From contig JAQVVF010000001.1 of NCBI GenBank assembly GCA_028699085.1, positions 28,333-92,332 of the forward strand: a DNA stretch of 64,000 bases, read 5' to 3'. The DNA is from Patescibacteria group bacterium (GTDB lineage Bacteria > Patescibacteriota > JABMPQ01 > JAQVVF01). The notes under the pieces were generated by a model, which saw only the letters and a program-made list of their open reading frames with translations, had not been told where the DNA came from and did no database searches. Position 1 is the stretch's first letter, and every line of letters starts with the position of its first letter. The position numbers and the translations under genes were made by a program. Positions 27,761 through 38,085 of the stretch are shown here, one piece after another.

Positions 27761-28885
27761 TTGAAAATTATGGTTATAGGCATTGACGCCTCGCGCGCCA
27801 ACAAACAAGTTAAAACAGGTACTGAATGGTATTCCTATAACCTTATTTTAGAATTAGCAAAAATCGATCATGAAAATGAATATTGGCTGTATTCTCCAGA
27901 CAAGTTAAAAGGAAAATTATCGCAACTGCCAGAAAATTTCAAAGAAAAAGTTTTGTCTTGGCCTCCAAAAAAACTTTGGACAATGGCAAGACTGTCTTTT
28001 GAAATGAAAAAAAATCCACCTGATTTATTATTTGTCCCTGCTCACATAATACCTTTAGCTTCACCAAAAAAAACTATTACTACAATTTGTGATATTGGTT
28101 TTGTCAGCAACAAGGAATTATATTCTCAAAAAGAAATTAAATATCATAATTTTGGATTAAAACAGGCTATCAAAAAAGCAACTTTAATTTTGACTATCTC
28201 CAAATTTACTAAAGAAGAAATGGTTAAATTCTGCAAGATTGATCCAAATAGAATCAAAGTTATTTATTTAGGCTTCAACCAGAATGATTATCGCAAAATA
28301 GAAGATCAAAAAAAGATTAAGCAGATTAAAAATAAATACAAATTACCAGATAATTATTTATTTTATACAGGTCGCTTAAATTTAAAAAAGAATATCCCGA
28401 ATTTAATCAAAGCATTCAAACAAGTCATTGATGACAATAAATTTAAAGATTATAAACTAGTCATGGCTGGTGTGCCTGAAAATGGTTATGAAGTAATTAA
28501 AGAAGAAATAAAGCTGCAAGGAATTCGTGACAAAATTATTGAGCTTGGCTGGACAAAAGAAGAAGATTTGCCCTATTTAATGAATGGCGCAAAACTTTTT
28601 GTTTTTCCATCAAATTATGAAGGTTTTGGAATCCCGCCACTAGAAGCCATGGCTTGTGGTACTCCCGTTGTTTCTTCAAACGCGGCCTCTCTTCCAGAAG
28701 TCTGTGGCAATGCTGCTTTATTATTTGATCCAAAAAATGTCGATCAAATGGCAGAAAAAATAAAATTAGGCTTAAGCGATGAAAATTTAAGGCATGATTT
28801 AATTCAAAAAGGTTTTTTGCAAATCAGAAAATTCTCATGGGAAAAATGCGCGAAAGAAACTCTAGATGCTTTAGAAGAAGAATAA
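27761..28885 (+). CDS. Family GT4-type glycosyltransferase (GT-B)
   Basis: C-terminal EGFGIPPLEAMACGTPVV is the GT4 signature. Confidence 0.75.
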   Translation: MKIMVIGIDASRANKQVKTGTEWYSYNLILELAKIDHENEYWLYSPDKLKGKLSQLPENFKEKVLSWPPKKLWTMARLSFEMKKNPPDLLFVPAHIIPLASPKKTITTICDIGFVSNKELYSQKEIKYHNFGLKQAIKKATLILTISKFTKEEMVKFCKIDPNRIKVIYLGFNQNDYRKIEDQKKIKQIKNKYKLPDNYLFYTGRLNLKKNIPNLIKAFKQVIDDNKFKDYKLVMAGVPENGYEVIKEEIKLQGIRDKIIELGWTKEEDLPYLMNGAKLFVFPSNYEGFGIPPLEAMACGTPVVSSNAASLPEVCGNAALLFDPKNVDQMAEKIKLGLSDENLRHDLIQKGFLQIRKFSWEKCAKETLDALEEE

Positions 28886-28952
28886 TTTTTAATTTGAGTA
28901 GTACATAATTTGTGTTATACTATATTTAAAATACTTAAAATATAAAATAAAA

Positions 28953-30815
28953 TTGATTATGAAAAAAAACAAAAAACAATTGTTATTAATTTTTCTATTT
29001 TTATTGATTGGCTCTCTAGGAATAGTAAAAGGTAGTTTAGCAGGAAGCTGGAGTGCCTTAAGTTCTGGTGTTAATAACTCGACTGCACTAGCTGTATACA
29101 ATAATGAATTATACGTCGGTGGTTCATTCTCAACTGCTGGCGGAATTACGGCCAATAACATCGCTAAATGGAATGGCACATCTTGGAGTGCGGTTGGTTC
29201 TGGCGTAAACCAAGGAGTTAATACACTAGCTGTATATAATAATGAATTGTATGCTGGAGGTTATTTCACAACTGCTGGCGGTAGTGCTGCATCTCATGTT
29301 GCTAAATGGAATGGCACTTCTTGGAGCGCGCTGAGTTCTGGCATTAACAGTCAGGCTTATGCAATGGCTGTTTACAATAATGAGCTCTATGTTGGTGGAA
29401 ATTTCACAACCGCTGGTGGTAATGTCGCATCTTATATTGCTAAATGGAATGGTGATTCCTGGAGCGCGCTAGGTACCGGAATGAATGCTGAAGTTGATTC
29501 CTTTACAGTTTATAATAACCAACTGTTCGTTGGCGGATTATTCTCAACTGCTAATGGGGTATCGGCAAATCGGATTGCGCAATTTGATGGCACTTCTTCT
29601 TGGAGTGCAGTAGGTTCAGGAATGGGGAGTGGCTATTATTATGTTTATGGCCTGACAGTTTATAACAATGAACTTTATGCAGCTGGAAATTTTACAACTT
29701 CTAGTGGCGCTCCATATAATTATCTAGCTAAATGGAACGGTTCCTCTTGGAGCTCTGTAGGTTCTGAAATGAATCAATCTATTAATGATTTAGCTGTTTA
29801 TAACGGTGAATTATATGCTGCTGGAGACTTCACGGCAGTTGGGGGTGTATCAACTGGTAGAATAGCCAGATGGAATGGTGCTTCATGGAATACAATAGAC
29901 CCAGGAACTAATAGTACCATCAATTCTTTAGCTACTTTTGGAGATGGATTATATGTGGGAGGAAATTTTTCTACTGCTGGTGGAAATACAGCGAATGGAA
30001 TTGCAAAATGGCTAGATGACATTGTAAGCCCTGTTACTACTGCTTCTCCGGCTGGTGGCACATATACAGAAAACCAGTCAGTTACTTTAACTGCTGTCGA
30101 TGTTAGTTCCAGTATTTCAGCAACCTATTACACAACCGATGGTTCAACTCCAACAACTTCTTCATTAGTTTATTCATCGCCAATTTCAATTACAGAAGAT
30201 ACAACATTGAAATTCTTTTCTGTTGATAGTGTCGGAAATACAGAAGAAGTTAAAACTGAAACATACATTATCAATAAAGATGATACTGCAGAAAAAGTAG
30301 CTGAAGCTGAAAGGAAATTAAAAAAAGGCAAAAAAATATATTTAGTTTCAGAATTAAATGGACAATCAATTTCTGGACAATCCCTGAAGATTACTTTTAC
30401 CAATTTGCCTTACAAGCTAACCAAAAATAGCAATTACTGGATTCAATTAGTCAAGCACAAAGCATATCCAGGCAGCCTCGAGCTCGGCTCGCATCTATCT
30501 TTGAAGAAATATTGGTTATTCAAAACTAATATTAATAAGTATAAAGTAAACAATTCAACACAGAAATTTAAAATCAAAATTGTATACAAATACACAGCCA
30601 AAGAATTAAAAGTTCTAAAAAATATTGAGCCTAGCCTGCCAACAAAAGATCTTAAACTCAAATATCGTGTCAAAGCTGGTTTGAATTGGTATCAACTTAA
30701 TAATCAATGGAAAAATGCAAAAGTAAAACACAACCTGTCAAAAAAGAAATTTACAGTAAAATATTTTAAGAAATTTCTCAAGAGCACCTATTACTTTGCG
30801 ATTATTAAGAAATAG
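28953..30815 (+). CDS. Secreted repeat protein: about 8 tandem 48-aa repeats (WNGTSWSALGSG...VYNNELYVGG.FTTAGG) plus a CHB_HEX_C-like domain and a K-rich C-terminus
   Basis: Signal peptide. The repeats are read directly. YTTDGSTPTTSS...FFSVDSVGN matches the chitobiase/beta-hexosaminidase C-terminal-like domain pattern. Confidence 0.6.
   Translation: MIMKKNKKQLLLIFLFLLIGSLGIVKGSLAGSWSALSSGVNNSTALAVYNNELYVGGSFSTAGGITANNIAKWNGTSWSAVGSGVNQGVNTLAVYNNELYAGGYFTTAGGSAASHVAKWNGTSWSALSSGINSQAYAMAVYNNELYVGGNFTTAGGNVASYIAKWNGDSWSALGTGMNAEVDSFTVYNNQLFVGGLFSTANGVSANRIAQFDGTSSWSAVGSGMGSGYYYVYGLTVYNNELYAAGNFTTSSGAPYNYLAKWNGSSWSSVGSEMNQSINDLAVYNGELYAAGDFTAVGGVSTGRIARWNGASWNTIDPGTNSTINSLATFGDGLYVGGNFSTAGGNTANGIAKWLDDIVSPVTTASPAGGTYTENQSVTLTAVDVSSSISATYYTTDGSTPTTSSLVYSSPISITEDTTLKFFSVDSVGNTEEVKTETYIINKDDTAEKVAEAERKLKKGKKIYLVSELNGQSISGQSLKITFTNLPYKLTKNSNYWIQLVKHKAYPGSLELGSHLSLKKYWLFKTNINKYKVNNSTQKFKIKIVYKYTAKELKVLKNIEPSLPTKDLKLKYRVKAGLNWYQLNNQWKNAKVKHNLSKKKFTVKYFKKFLKSTYYFAIIKK
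29040..30010 (+). repeat. In-frame tandem DNA repeats of about 144 bp (about 8 copies) inside the surface protein gene
   Basis: Periodic recurrence of aaatggaatggcac-ttcttggagtgc and tataataatgaattgtatg. Confidence 0.7.
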
Positions 30816-30908
30816 AATAAGTAATAATTTTTGGAAAACGGGACAAAAATCCCGTTTTTATTTACTCTTTTAACGAAAGTAAATCTATGTTAAATTATAT
30901 ATGAAGTT

Positions 30909-31796
30909 ATGAAAATCATCGGCAACGAAAGAATAGAGGAGGCAATCCAAAAAAGTGCTCAAAATCACCAGTTTTTTCATGCCTACTTATTCAGCGGACC
31001 TGCTAATTTAGGCAAAAAAACATTGGCTTTACAATTTGCAGAGCTTTTAAAATGCTCAAAAAATGACATTCATATTCTCGAAAAAAGTTCTGCTATAAAA
31101 ATTGACGAAGTTCGTGATTTACAGCACAAATTATTATTATCATCACAATCAGAATTCAAGATCATGATTATTGATGATGCATCAAATATTTCTAATCAAG
31201 CTGCAAGTGCTTTATTAAAAACATTAGAAGAACCAACTAAGAATACTGTTATAGTTTTAATCACTTCCAACAAATCAAAAGTTCTTCCAACAATTATTTC
31301 GCGATGTATCAATTATGAATTCAGCTTAGTTAGCAAAGAAAAGATAAATATTTTACTCGACGATTTTAATTTATCAGAACAAGAAAGAAACCAGATTTTA
31401 CAATTCTCACAAGGCCGTCCTGGAATAGCTCTTGCTCTCGCTAACAATAGGAAAGGGATTCTTGCTAGACAAAGCTTCATTTCAAATTTCTCAAATTTAT
31501 TAAATTCAGATATTAATTCCAAATTCATTTTTGTTGAAAAAATATACAAAGAATCAAAGGAAAATTATAATAAAATAATTAATCTTTGGACTTCTTTTTT
31601 CCGTGATTGTCTTCTACTAAAGTCAAATAATCAAGAACTAATTTTGAATCAAGCAAATTTAAACGAGTTAAATCAATATTCAAAAAATAATAGCAAAGAA
31701 AAAATAATTAACTTGATAAACTACCTTACAGAAATTAATAATGCAGCAATCATCAATGAAAAGCTTGCTCTAGAAAATTTCTTTTTAAAAGTTTAA
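30909..31796 (+). CDS. holB: DNA polymerase III delta-prime subunit (clamp-loader AAA+)
   Basis: AYLFSGPANLGKKTLA P-loop-like motif and an SRC-type motif (IISRC). Confidence 0.7.
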   Translation: MKIIGNERIEEAIQKSAQNHQFFHAYLFSGPANLGKKTLALQFAELLKCSKNDIHILEKSSAIKIDEVRDLQHKLLLSSQSEFKIMIIDDASNISNQAASALLKTLEEPTKNTVIVLITSNKSKVLPTIISRCINYEFSLVSKEKINILLDDFNLSEQERNQILQFSQGRPGIALALANNRKGILARQSFISNFSNLLNSDINSKFIFVEKIYKESKENYNKIINLWTSFFRDCLLLKSNNQELILNQANLNELNQYSKNNSKEKIINLINYLTEINNAAIINEKLALENFFLKV

Positions 31797-31823
31797 ATAA
31801 AAATTTCTAATAATTTAAAAAAT

Positions 31824-32864
31824 ATGTTTCAAAACAAAAAAATATTTCTTATCGCATTACTCGCATTATTTATATTAACAGGTGCAACTTGCAACAAGCC
31901 AAAGGATTTATTTGTTTATAAAACGGTTGATTCAGGAAAAAATTGGGAACAAAAAGCAGTAACTGATAACAAAAAATCATTAGCCTCAACAAGTGTCCTT
32001 TGTATTGCTATCGATCCCAAAAATCCTAATAATATAATTATCGGAACAGTCGGCAAGGGAATTTTAAGAAGCCAAAATGCCGGCGATACCTGGGAACAAA
32101 CATCGTTAAAACAAGGCACAATTAATACAGTCGCAATCAATCCAAAGGACAGTAATGTTGTTTATGCAGGTGGAAGTATCGGCAATCTTGGTAAAATGTA
32201 CAAAAGCATTGATAATGCTGCCAATTTTAACGAAATATATTCTGAAACTCACGCCAAAATTGATATAATGAGCATTCTTATTGATCATTACAGTCCAAAA
32301 ATTATTTATGCCGGTCTGACTAATGGCGGATTTTTAAAAAGCTCTGATTCTGGCCAGAGCTGGCTAGCAACAAATTGGTTTTCTGGCCCAGTTCAAGCGA
32401 TGGCCATGAGTCCAAAGGATTCTCGAAAAATGTACGTTGCTATCAAAGGTAGATATGCTTATTTAACAAAAGATGGCGGAAAAACTTGGGTAGATCTTAA
32501 AGAAAGCTTAATTGATTTTCGTGGCGCAAATTTAATTACAGCAATTGAGTTTGATCCTAAAGATGATCGAATCGCTTATTTAGGCTCTCATTTCGGAGTT
32601 ACAAAAACAATTGATGATGGAAAAAAATGGGTAGATACAGGATTATTGCTTGAACCAGGAAAATTTATCAATGTTGCAATGAGCGTTAGTCCAAAAACTC
32701 CAGACACAATTTATGTTGGCGTTGATACAACAATTCACAAATCAATTAATGGCGGAAAAGATTGGATTATTAAAAAAATTACTAATAGTGTAATTACAAG
32801 TCTTGCAATTGATCCAAAAAATCCGAAAAATGTTTTTGCTGGAGTCATGGAAGTTAAAGAATAA
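31824..32864 (+). CDS. Lipoprotein with BNR/Asp-box repeats (Ycf48/sialidase-like beta-propeller)
   Basis: Lipobox LTGATC. Six S-x-D-x-G-x-T-W-like repeats (SVDSGKNW, SQNAGDTW, SSDSGQSW, TKDGGKTW, TIDDGKKW, SINGGKDW). Confidence 0.55.
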   Translation: MFQNKKIFLIALLALFILTGATCNKPKDLFVYKTVDSGKNWEQKAVTDNKKSLASTSVLCIAIDPKNPNNIIIGTVGKGILRSQNAGDTWEQTSLKQGTINTVAINPKDSNVVYAGGSIGNLGKMYKSIDNAANFNEIYSETHAKIDIMSILIDHYSPKIIYAGLTNGGFLKSSDSGQSWLATNWFSGPVQAMAMSPKDSRKMYVAIKGRYAYLTKDGGKTWVDLKESLIDFRGANLITAIEFDPKDDRIAYLGSHFGVTKTIDDGKKWVDTGLLLEPGKFINVAMSVSPKTPDTIYVGVDTTIHKSINGGKDWIIKKITNSVITSLAIDPKNPKNVFAGVMEVKE

Positions 32865-32894
32865 TTAATATTTAATAAAAAATAATTTAAAAAT

Positions 32895-33452
32895 ATGTCT
32901 AATCAAATTGTTAGCCAAACAAAGAAAAATATGGACGAAGCATTGGACTTTATGCAGAATGAATTAAGAAAATTTAAAACAGGAAGAGCGCAATCTGCAT
33001 TAGTTGAAGATATTTTAGTTGAATATTATGGAACAAAAACACCTTTGAAACAAATTGCAACAATCAGCGTGCCAGAGCCAGCTATGATCGCGATTTCTCC
33101 CTTTGACAAGAATTCAATGAAAGATATCGAAAAAGCTATCTCAGAATCAAAATTAAATTTGACTGCAAGTAACGATGGACAAATTATCAGAATAAAAATT
33201 CCTCCATTAACTGAAGAAAGAAGACAAGAGTTAGCGCAAGTTTTGAATCAAAAAGTTGAAGAAGTAAAAGTTTCAATCAGAAGTTCTCGTGAAGAAACAA
33301 TGAAAAAACTTAAAGACATGGAAAACGCAAAACAAATTAGCGAGGATGAAAAATTTAAAATTAAAGAGGATTTAGATAAGCTGGTAGAAGAATATAACAA
33401 GAAGATAGAGGATATCAGAAAGACAAAAGAAGAAGAAATAATGACAGTTTAA
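32895..33452 (+). CDS. frr: Ribosome recycling factor
   Basis: 185 aa. The RRF N-terminus MDEALDFMQNELRKFKTGRA is present. Confidence 0.9.
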   Translation: MSNQIVSQTKKNMDEALDFMQNELRKFKTGRAQSALVEDILVEYYGTKTPLKQIATISVPEPAMIAISPFDKNSMKDIEKAISESKLNLTASNDGQIIRIKIPPLTEERRQELAQVLNQKVEEVKVSIRSSREETMKKLKDMENAKQISEDEKFKIKEDLDKLVEEYNKKIEDIRKTKEEEIMTV

Positions 33453-33545
33453 TCGTAAAAACTTAAAAATATAAAAAACTAAAAATAAATTCAAATTTTA
33501 TATATTTATTTTTTTAGGTTTTTATTAATAATCAATACAAATAAT

Positions 33546-34745
33546 ATGATAACTCTAATAACTTTTATAATAATTCTAGGCCTATTAATCTTTGTCCATG
33601 AGCTGGGCCATTTTGTTGCTGCAAAAAAATCAGGAATTAAGGTTGATGAATTTGGTTTTGGCTATCCGCCAAGAATCATCGGCACTTATAAAGATCCAAA
33701 AACTAAAAAATTTGTTTTAGTCTTGCCAAAGAGAGGCAAAGGAAAAAAACAACTTGCAGCTGTCGCTGGTCAAGAATCAGAAGAGAATTTTCCAGCCACA
33801 GTTTATTCATTGAATTGGTTGCCGCTTGGCGGTTTTTGCAAAATGAAAGGCGAGAATGGCGATGGCAAATCAGATCCTGATAGTTTTTCAGCCAAAAAAG
33901 CTTGGCAAAGAATTATTGTATTAATTGCTGGAGTTGCCATGAACTTTGTTTTAGCTACGCTTGTTTTAATGATTGGCTTCAAAGTTGGTCTGCCTACAGC
34001 AATAGATTCTCAAAACAAAAGCTATGCCAAAGATCAAAAAGTTCAAATCATGTCGATTGCCACAGATTCGCCAGCCGAAAAAGTTGGTTTAAAAATTGGC
34101 GATCAGATTGTCTCAATTAACGATAAAAAGCTAGAAAATGTTACCCAAGTTCAAAAAGTAATTGATAAAAACAAAGGCAAAGAAATTGATTTAAAAATTA
34201 AAAGATATAATGAGAATTTAGATGTTAAAGTTGAGCCCAGAAAAAATCCGCCCGAAGATCAAGGAGCAATGGGCGTTGGTTTAGTCGAAACAGGCATTGT
34301 CTCCTATCCATTTTTTACCTCGATTTGGAAGGGAATTACTGCTACTTTCAATTTGACAATTGCCATCCTTGTTGGTTTTTATGATATCTTTAAGAATCTT
34401 TTTGCTGGCAACAAGATCGGTGCGGATGTTGCCGGACCAATTGGCATTGCTGTTATGACAGGTCAGGTTTCTAAAATGGGATTTAGCTATTTATTACAGT
34501 TCGTTGCTTTATTATCTATAAATCTTGCAATAATTAATGCCTTGCCAATTCCAGCAATCGATGGAGGCAGAATACTATTCATTATCATTGAAAAAATCAG
34601 ACGCAAGCCGATTTCTATGAGGATCGAAAATTATATTCATACTATAGGCTTTGCCATATTAATTTTACTGATGGTCGTCGTGACTTTTCGAGATGTATTC
34701 AAATTCAAAGACATATTTATCAATTTATGGAACAAAATAATATAA
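33546..34745 (+). CDS. rseP: RIP metalloprotease RseP (site-2 protease) with a PDZ domain
   Basis: HELGH zinc motif in TM1, a PDZ segment, and a C-terminal LDGG motif (AIDGGR). Confidence 0.8.
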   Translation: MITLITFIIILGLLIFVHELGHFVAAKKSGIKVDEFGFGYPPRIIGTYKDPKTKKFVLVLPKRGKGKKQLAAVAGQESEENFPATVYSLNWLPLGGFCKMKGENGDGKSDPDSFSAKKAWQRIIVLIAGVAMNFVLATLVLMIGFKVGLPTAIDSQNKSYAKDQKVQIMSIATDSPAEKVGLKIGDQIVSINDKKLENVTQVQKVIDKNKGKEIDLKIKRYNENLDVKVEPRKNPPEDQGAMGVGLVETGIVSYPFFTSIWKGITATFNLTIAILVGFYDIFKNLFAGNKIGADVAGPIGIAVMTGQVSKMGFSYLLQFVALLSINLAIINALPIPAIDGGRILFIIIEKIRRKPISMRIENYIHTIGFAILILLMVVVTFRDVFKFKDIFINLWNKII

Positions 34746-34756
34746 AAAAGAAAAAA

Positions 34757-34838
34757 TCAAAATGGAAAATGACAATGAAAAATAAAAAATTAATTTTAAA
34801 TTTTAAATTGTTATTTTGATTTTTGATTTTTACATTTT
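34757..34838. repeat. Imperfect palindrome of the CAAAATG-N-AAATGACAAT / ATTGTCATTT-CATTTTG word family
   Basis: Related copies at 1011-1073 and 36153-36172. Confidence 0.5.
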
Positions 34839-34849
34839 AATTTAACTTT

Positions 34850-36139
34850 ATGTTACAATCACAATTATTTACAAAAACTAAAAGGCAGGCTCCTACTGAT
34901 GAAATATCAAAGAATGCTAGATTATTAATTCAAGCTGGATTTATAAACAAAGAAATGGCCGGAGTCTATGATCTTCTGCCTTTAGGCCTAAGAGTAGTAA
35001 ACAGAATTAGAAAAATAGTCAGTGAAGAGATGGAAAAACTAGGATCTGAAGAAATAAGCATGTCTAGCTTGCAAAACAAAGAGATCTGGAAAAAAACTGG
35101 AAGATGGGAAGATAAGGCTGTAGATGTTTGGTTCAAATCAAAATTCAAAAATGATACGGAAGTTGGTTTTGGTTGGTCGCATGAAGAACCAATTATAGAA
35201 ATGATAAAATCTTATGCGGAAAGCTATAAAGATTTTCCAAGATATGTACATCAATTTCAGAATAAAATGCGAAACGAAGTTAGGGCCAAAAGCGGAATAA
35301 TTAGATGCCGAGAATTTTTAATGAAAGATATGTACGCCTTTTGCGCTTCCGAAGAAGATAATTTAGCATTTTATAAAAAATCTACAGATGCTTATTTAAA
35401 AATATTCGAACATATCGGATTAGGAGATATTACTTATGTAACTTCAGCTTCAGGTGGTGTTTTTACGGATAAATTCAGTCATGAATTTCAAGCTCTTTGT
35501 GATTCAGGTGAAGACATTATTTATGTGAATAAAAATAAAAAAATTGCCGTTAATGAAGAAATCTATAATGAAGAAAATATCAAAAAGATGGGTATGGAAA
35601 TGAAAGATTTTGAAAAAAGGAAAGCTGCTGAAGTTGGCAATATTTTTAATTTTGGTACCGGCAAATGCGAGCAAATGGGATTTTACTTCATTGATAAAGA
35701 TGGAACTAAAAAACCAGCACATTTAAGTTCTTATGGTATTGGCATTACGAGACTAATGGGAGTATTAACTGAAGTATTCGCAGATGACAAAGGTATTATT
35801 TGGCCAAAAGAAGTTGCGCCATTTCAAATTCACTTATTATGTTTACAACAAGACAATCAGGAAGTTTCAAGTAAGGCAAAAGAATTATATATCGATTTAC
35901 AAGAAGCCGGATATGAAGTATTGTATGATGATAGGTCAGAATCAGCCGGATTTAAACTAAGGGATGCTGATTTACTTGGAGTACCGCTTCGAATTGTCAT
36001 TAGTGGAAAAACATTAGAAAAAGAATCATATGAAATTAAGGTTAGATGTCTAAAGGACCAAAAAATAATGCCTCTTCCAAAAAAAGATTCCATTGATTTT
36101 AAAGCCACAATTCAATCCTATCTCAACCAATCAATATAA
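34850..36139 (+). CDS. proS: Prolyl-tRNA synthetase (short form, no editing insertion)
   Basis: Class II motifs FRNEVRAKSGIIRCREFLMKDMYAF, plus a C-terminal anticodon-binding domain. Confidence 0.7.
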   Translation: MLQSQLFTKTKRQAPTDEISKNARLLIQAGFINKEMAGVYDLLPLGLRVVNRIRKIVSEEMEKLGSEEISMSSLQNKEIWKKTGRWEDKAVDVWFKSKFKNDTEVGFGWSHEEPIIEMIKSYAESYKDFPRYVHQFQNKMRNEVRAKSGIIRCREFLMKDMYAFCASEEDNLAFYKKSTDAYLKIFEHIGLGDITYVTSASGGVFTDKFSHEFQALCDSGEDIIYVNKNKKIAVNEEIYNEENIKKMGMEMKDFEKRKAAEVGNIFNFGTGKCEQMGFYFIDKDGTKKPAHLSSYGIGITRLMGVLTEVFADDKGIIWPKEVAPFQIHLLCLQQDNQEVSSKAKELYIDLQEAGYEVLYDDRSESAGFKLRDADLLGVPLRIVISGKTLEKESYEIKVRCLKDQKIMPLPKKDSIDFKATIQSYLNQSI

Positions 36140-36196
36140 TTTTTAATTTTGAATTGTCATTTCGCATTTTGATTTTTTACTTTTTATTTTTTTAAC

Positions 36197-37261
36197 ATGT
36201 CTATCGTAAATAATGTTTTAGGTCGCTTTTCCAAAGATATCGGAATCGATTTAGGCACAGCTAATACTTTGGTTTATGTCAAAGACAAAGGCATAGTTAT
36301 TAACGAACCTTCTGTTGTTGCAGTTAATAAAAGAACAAACCAAGTTCTAGCAATTGGTAATGAAGCAAAAAAAATGGTTGGAAAGACCCCAGCCCACATT
36401 GTTGCAACTAGACCTCTAGTTGACGGAGTTGTCTCTGATTTTGAAGTTACTGAACAAATGCTTCGTTATTTTATTGAAAAAGTTCATCAAGAAGGCTTTA
36501 CAATCTTCCCTCGTCCAAGAGTTGTGATTGGCATTCCATCTGGCGTTACTGAAGTTGAAAGAAGAGCAGTAGAAGATGCTTCAATCAGCGCTGGAGCAAG
36601 GCAAGCATTTTTGATTGAAGAGCCAATGGCAGCTGCAATTGGCGCGCGTCTTCCAGTTCAAGATGCTTCTGGAAATATGATTGTTGATATCGGTGGTGGC
36701 ACGACAGAAGTTGCCGTCATCTCTTTAGGCGGTCTAGTTACCGCAAAATCATTAAGAATAGCAGGCGATGAATTAAACCAAAACATTATTGAATATGCTC
36801 GCTCAGAATTCAATTTACTTTTAGGTGAAAGAACAGCCGAAGATATAAAAATTGCAATTGGTTCAGCTGCAAAAATTGACGAACCGCTTGAAACAACGAT
36901 GCGTGGACGTGATTTAGTGACTGGCTTGCCGAAGGAGGTTGTCATTAATGACGAACAAGTTCGCGAAGCCTTGATGCGTTCAGTCAGAATAATTGTTAAT
37001 AGCATCAAAACAACAGTTGAAGAAACGCCTCCAGAGTTAGTTGCTGATATCATGAAAAGAGGAATCGTCTTGGCCGGTGGCGGATCACTGCTTCGTGGCT
37101 TAGATAAGGTATTATCAGAGCAGACTCAAATGCCTGTTCATATTGCTGATGATCCATTGACTTGCGTTGTTCGTGGTTGCGGTATTGTTTTGGAAGACAT
37201 CGACGCCTTGAAAGATGTTTTGATTCCAACTCAATATGAAAAGCCTCCAAGAATATTTTAA
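36197..37261 (+). CDS. mreB: Rod-shape determining protein MreB (canonical copy, followed by mreC and mreD)
   Basis: IGIDLGTANTLVYV and DIGGGTTEVAVIS motifs. Operon context mreBCD-mrdA. Confidence 0.9.
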   Translation: MSIVNNVLGRFSKDIGIDLGTANTLVYVKDKGIVINEPSVVAVNKRTNQVLAIGNEAKKMVGKTPAHIVATRPLVDGVVSDFEVTEQMLRYFIEKVHQEGFTIFPRPRVVIGIPSGVTEVERRAVEDASISAGARQAFLIEEPMAAAIGARLPVQDASGNMIVDIGGGTTEVAVISLGGLVTAKSLRIAGDELNQNIIEYARSEFNLLLGERTAEDIKIAIGSAAKIDEPLETTMRGRDLVTGLPKEVVINDEQVREALMRSVRIIVNSIKTTVEETPPELVADIMKRGIVLAGGGSLLRGLDKVLSEQTQMPVHIADDPLTCVVRGCGIVLEDIDALKDVLIPTQYEKPPRIF

Positions 37262-37275
37262 ACAAACACTATTAA

Positions 37276-38079
37276 ATGATTAATAAATCAGATTCATCAA
37301 CAACATTATTTATAGTCAGCGGAGCAATAATTATATTGTTGATAATTCTTCATGTCTTTAAAATATTAAGTCCAATTGAAAATGTATTTATTCGGATTTT
37401 TTCGCCAATTCAAAAATATATTTATCTTTCTGGCAATCGTTTTTCCGGCAGTATAAAATTTTTTACATCAATTAAAGATTTGAGAAAAGAAAATAAAGAA
37501 CTAAATGAAAAGGTAAATAAACTAACTTTCGAAAACTCAAAATTAATTCGTTTAGAAAAAGAAAACAAAGATTTGCTTTCTCAATTAGGTTTATTAAAAA
37601 AAGAAGAATTTAATTTAGTTGCCGCCAATGTTATTGGCCAAGATCCAAATAATCTTATTCAATTCATCAATATTGATAAAGGGAGCAGCGATGGAATAAA
37701 AAACAATCAGCCAGTAATTATTGCTAATAATTTTTTGATCGGCAGAGTTTCGGAAGTTCAAAGTCATTCTGCAAAAGTAATTTTAATTACTGATGCCAGG
37801 AGCAAAGTTAATGCTCAAATTCAAGGTGCTGATGCTAATGGTATTGTCAAAGGAGAGCATAATTTAGGCTTAATGATGGAAATGATTCCGCAAGATAAAA
37901 TTATTCAGCGTGGTGATAAAGTAGTCACATCCGGAGTCGGCGGAGATATGCCAGTCGGTCTCTTTATCGGTGAAGTCGAAGAAGTTAAGACCACAGATAA
38001 CGAATTATTCCAGACAGCCAGAATAAAAACACAAGCCGATTTCAAAAGCCTAAAAATTATTTTTGTTATTCTTGAATAA
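37276..38079 (+). CDS. mreC: Rod-shape determining protein MreC
   Basis: N-terminal TM helix, a coiled coil, then a beta-rich domain. Position after mreB. Confidence 0.75.
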   Translation: MINKSDSSTTLFIVSGAIIILLIILHVFKILSPIENVFIRIFSPIQKYIYLSGNRFSGSIKFFTSIKDLRKENKELNEKVNKLTFENSKLIRLEKENKDLLSQLGLLKKEEFNLVAANVIGQDPNNLIQFINIDKGSSDGIKNNQPVIIANNFLIGRVSEVQSHSAKVILITDARSKVNAQIQGADANGIVKGEHNLGLMMEMIPQDKIIQRGDKVVTSGVGGDMPVGLFIGEVEEVKTTDNELFQTARIKTQADFKSLKIIFVILE

Positions 38080-38085
38080 AATAAT

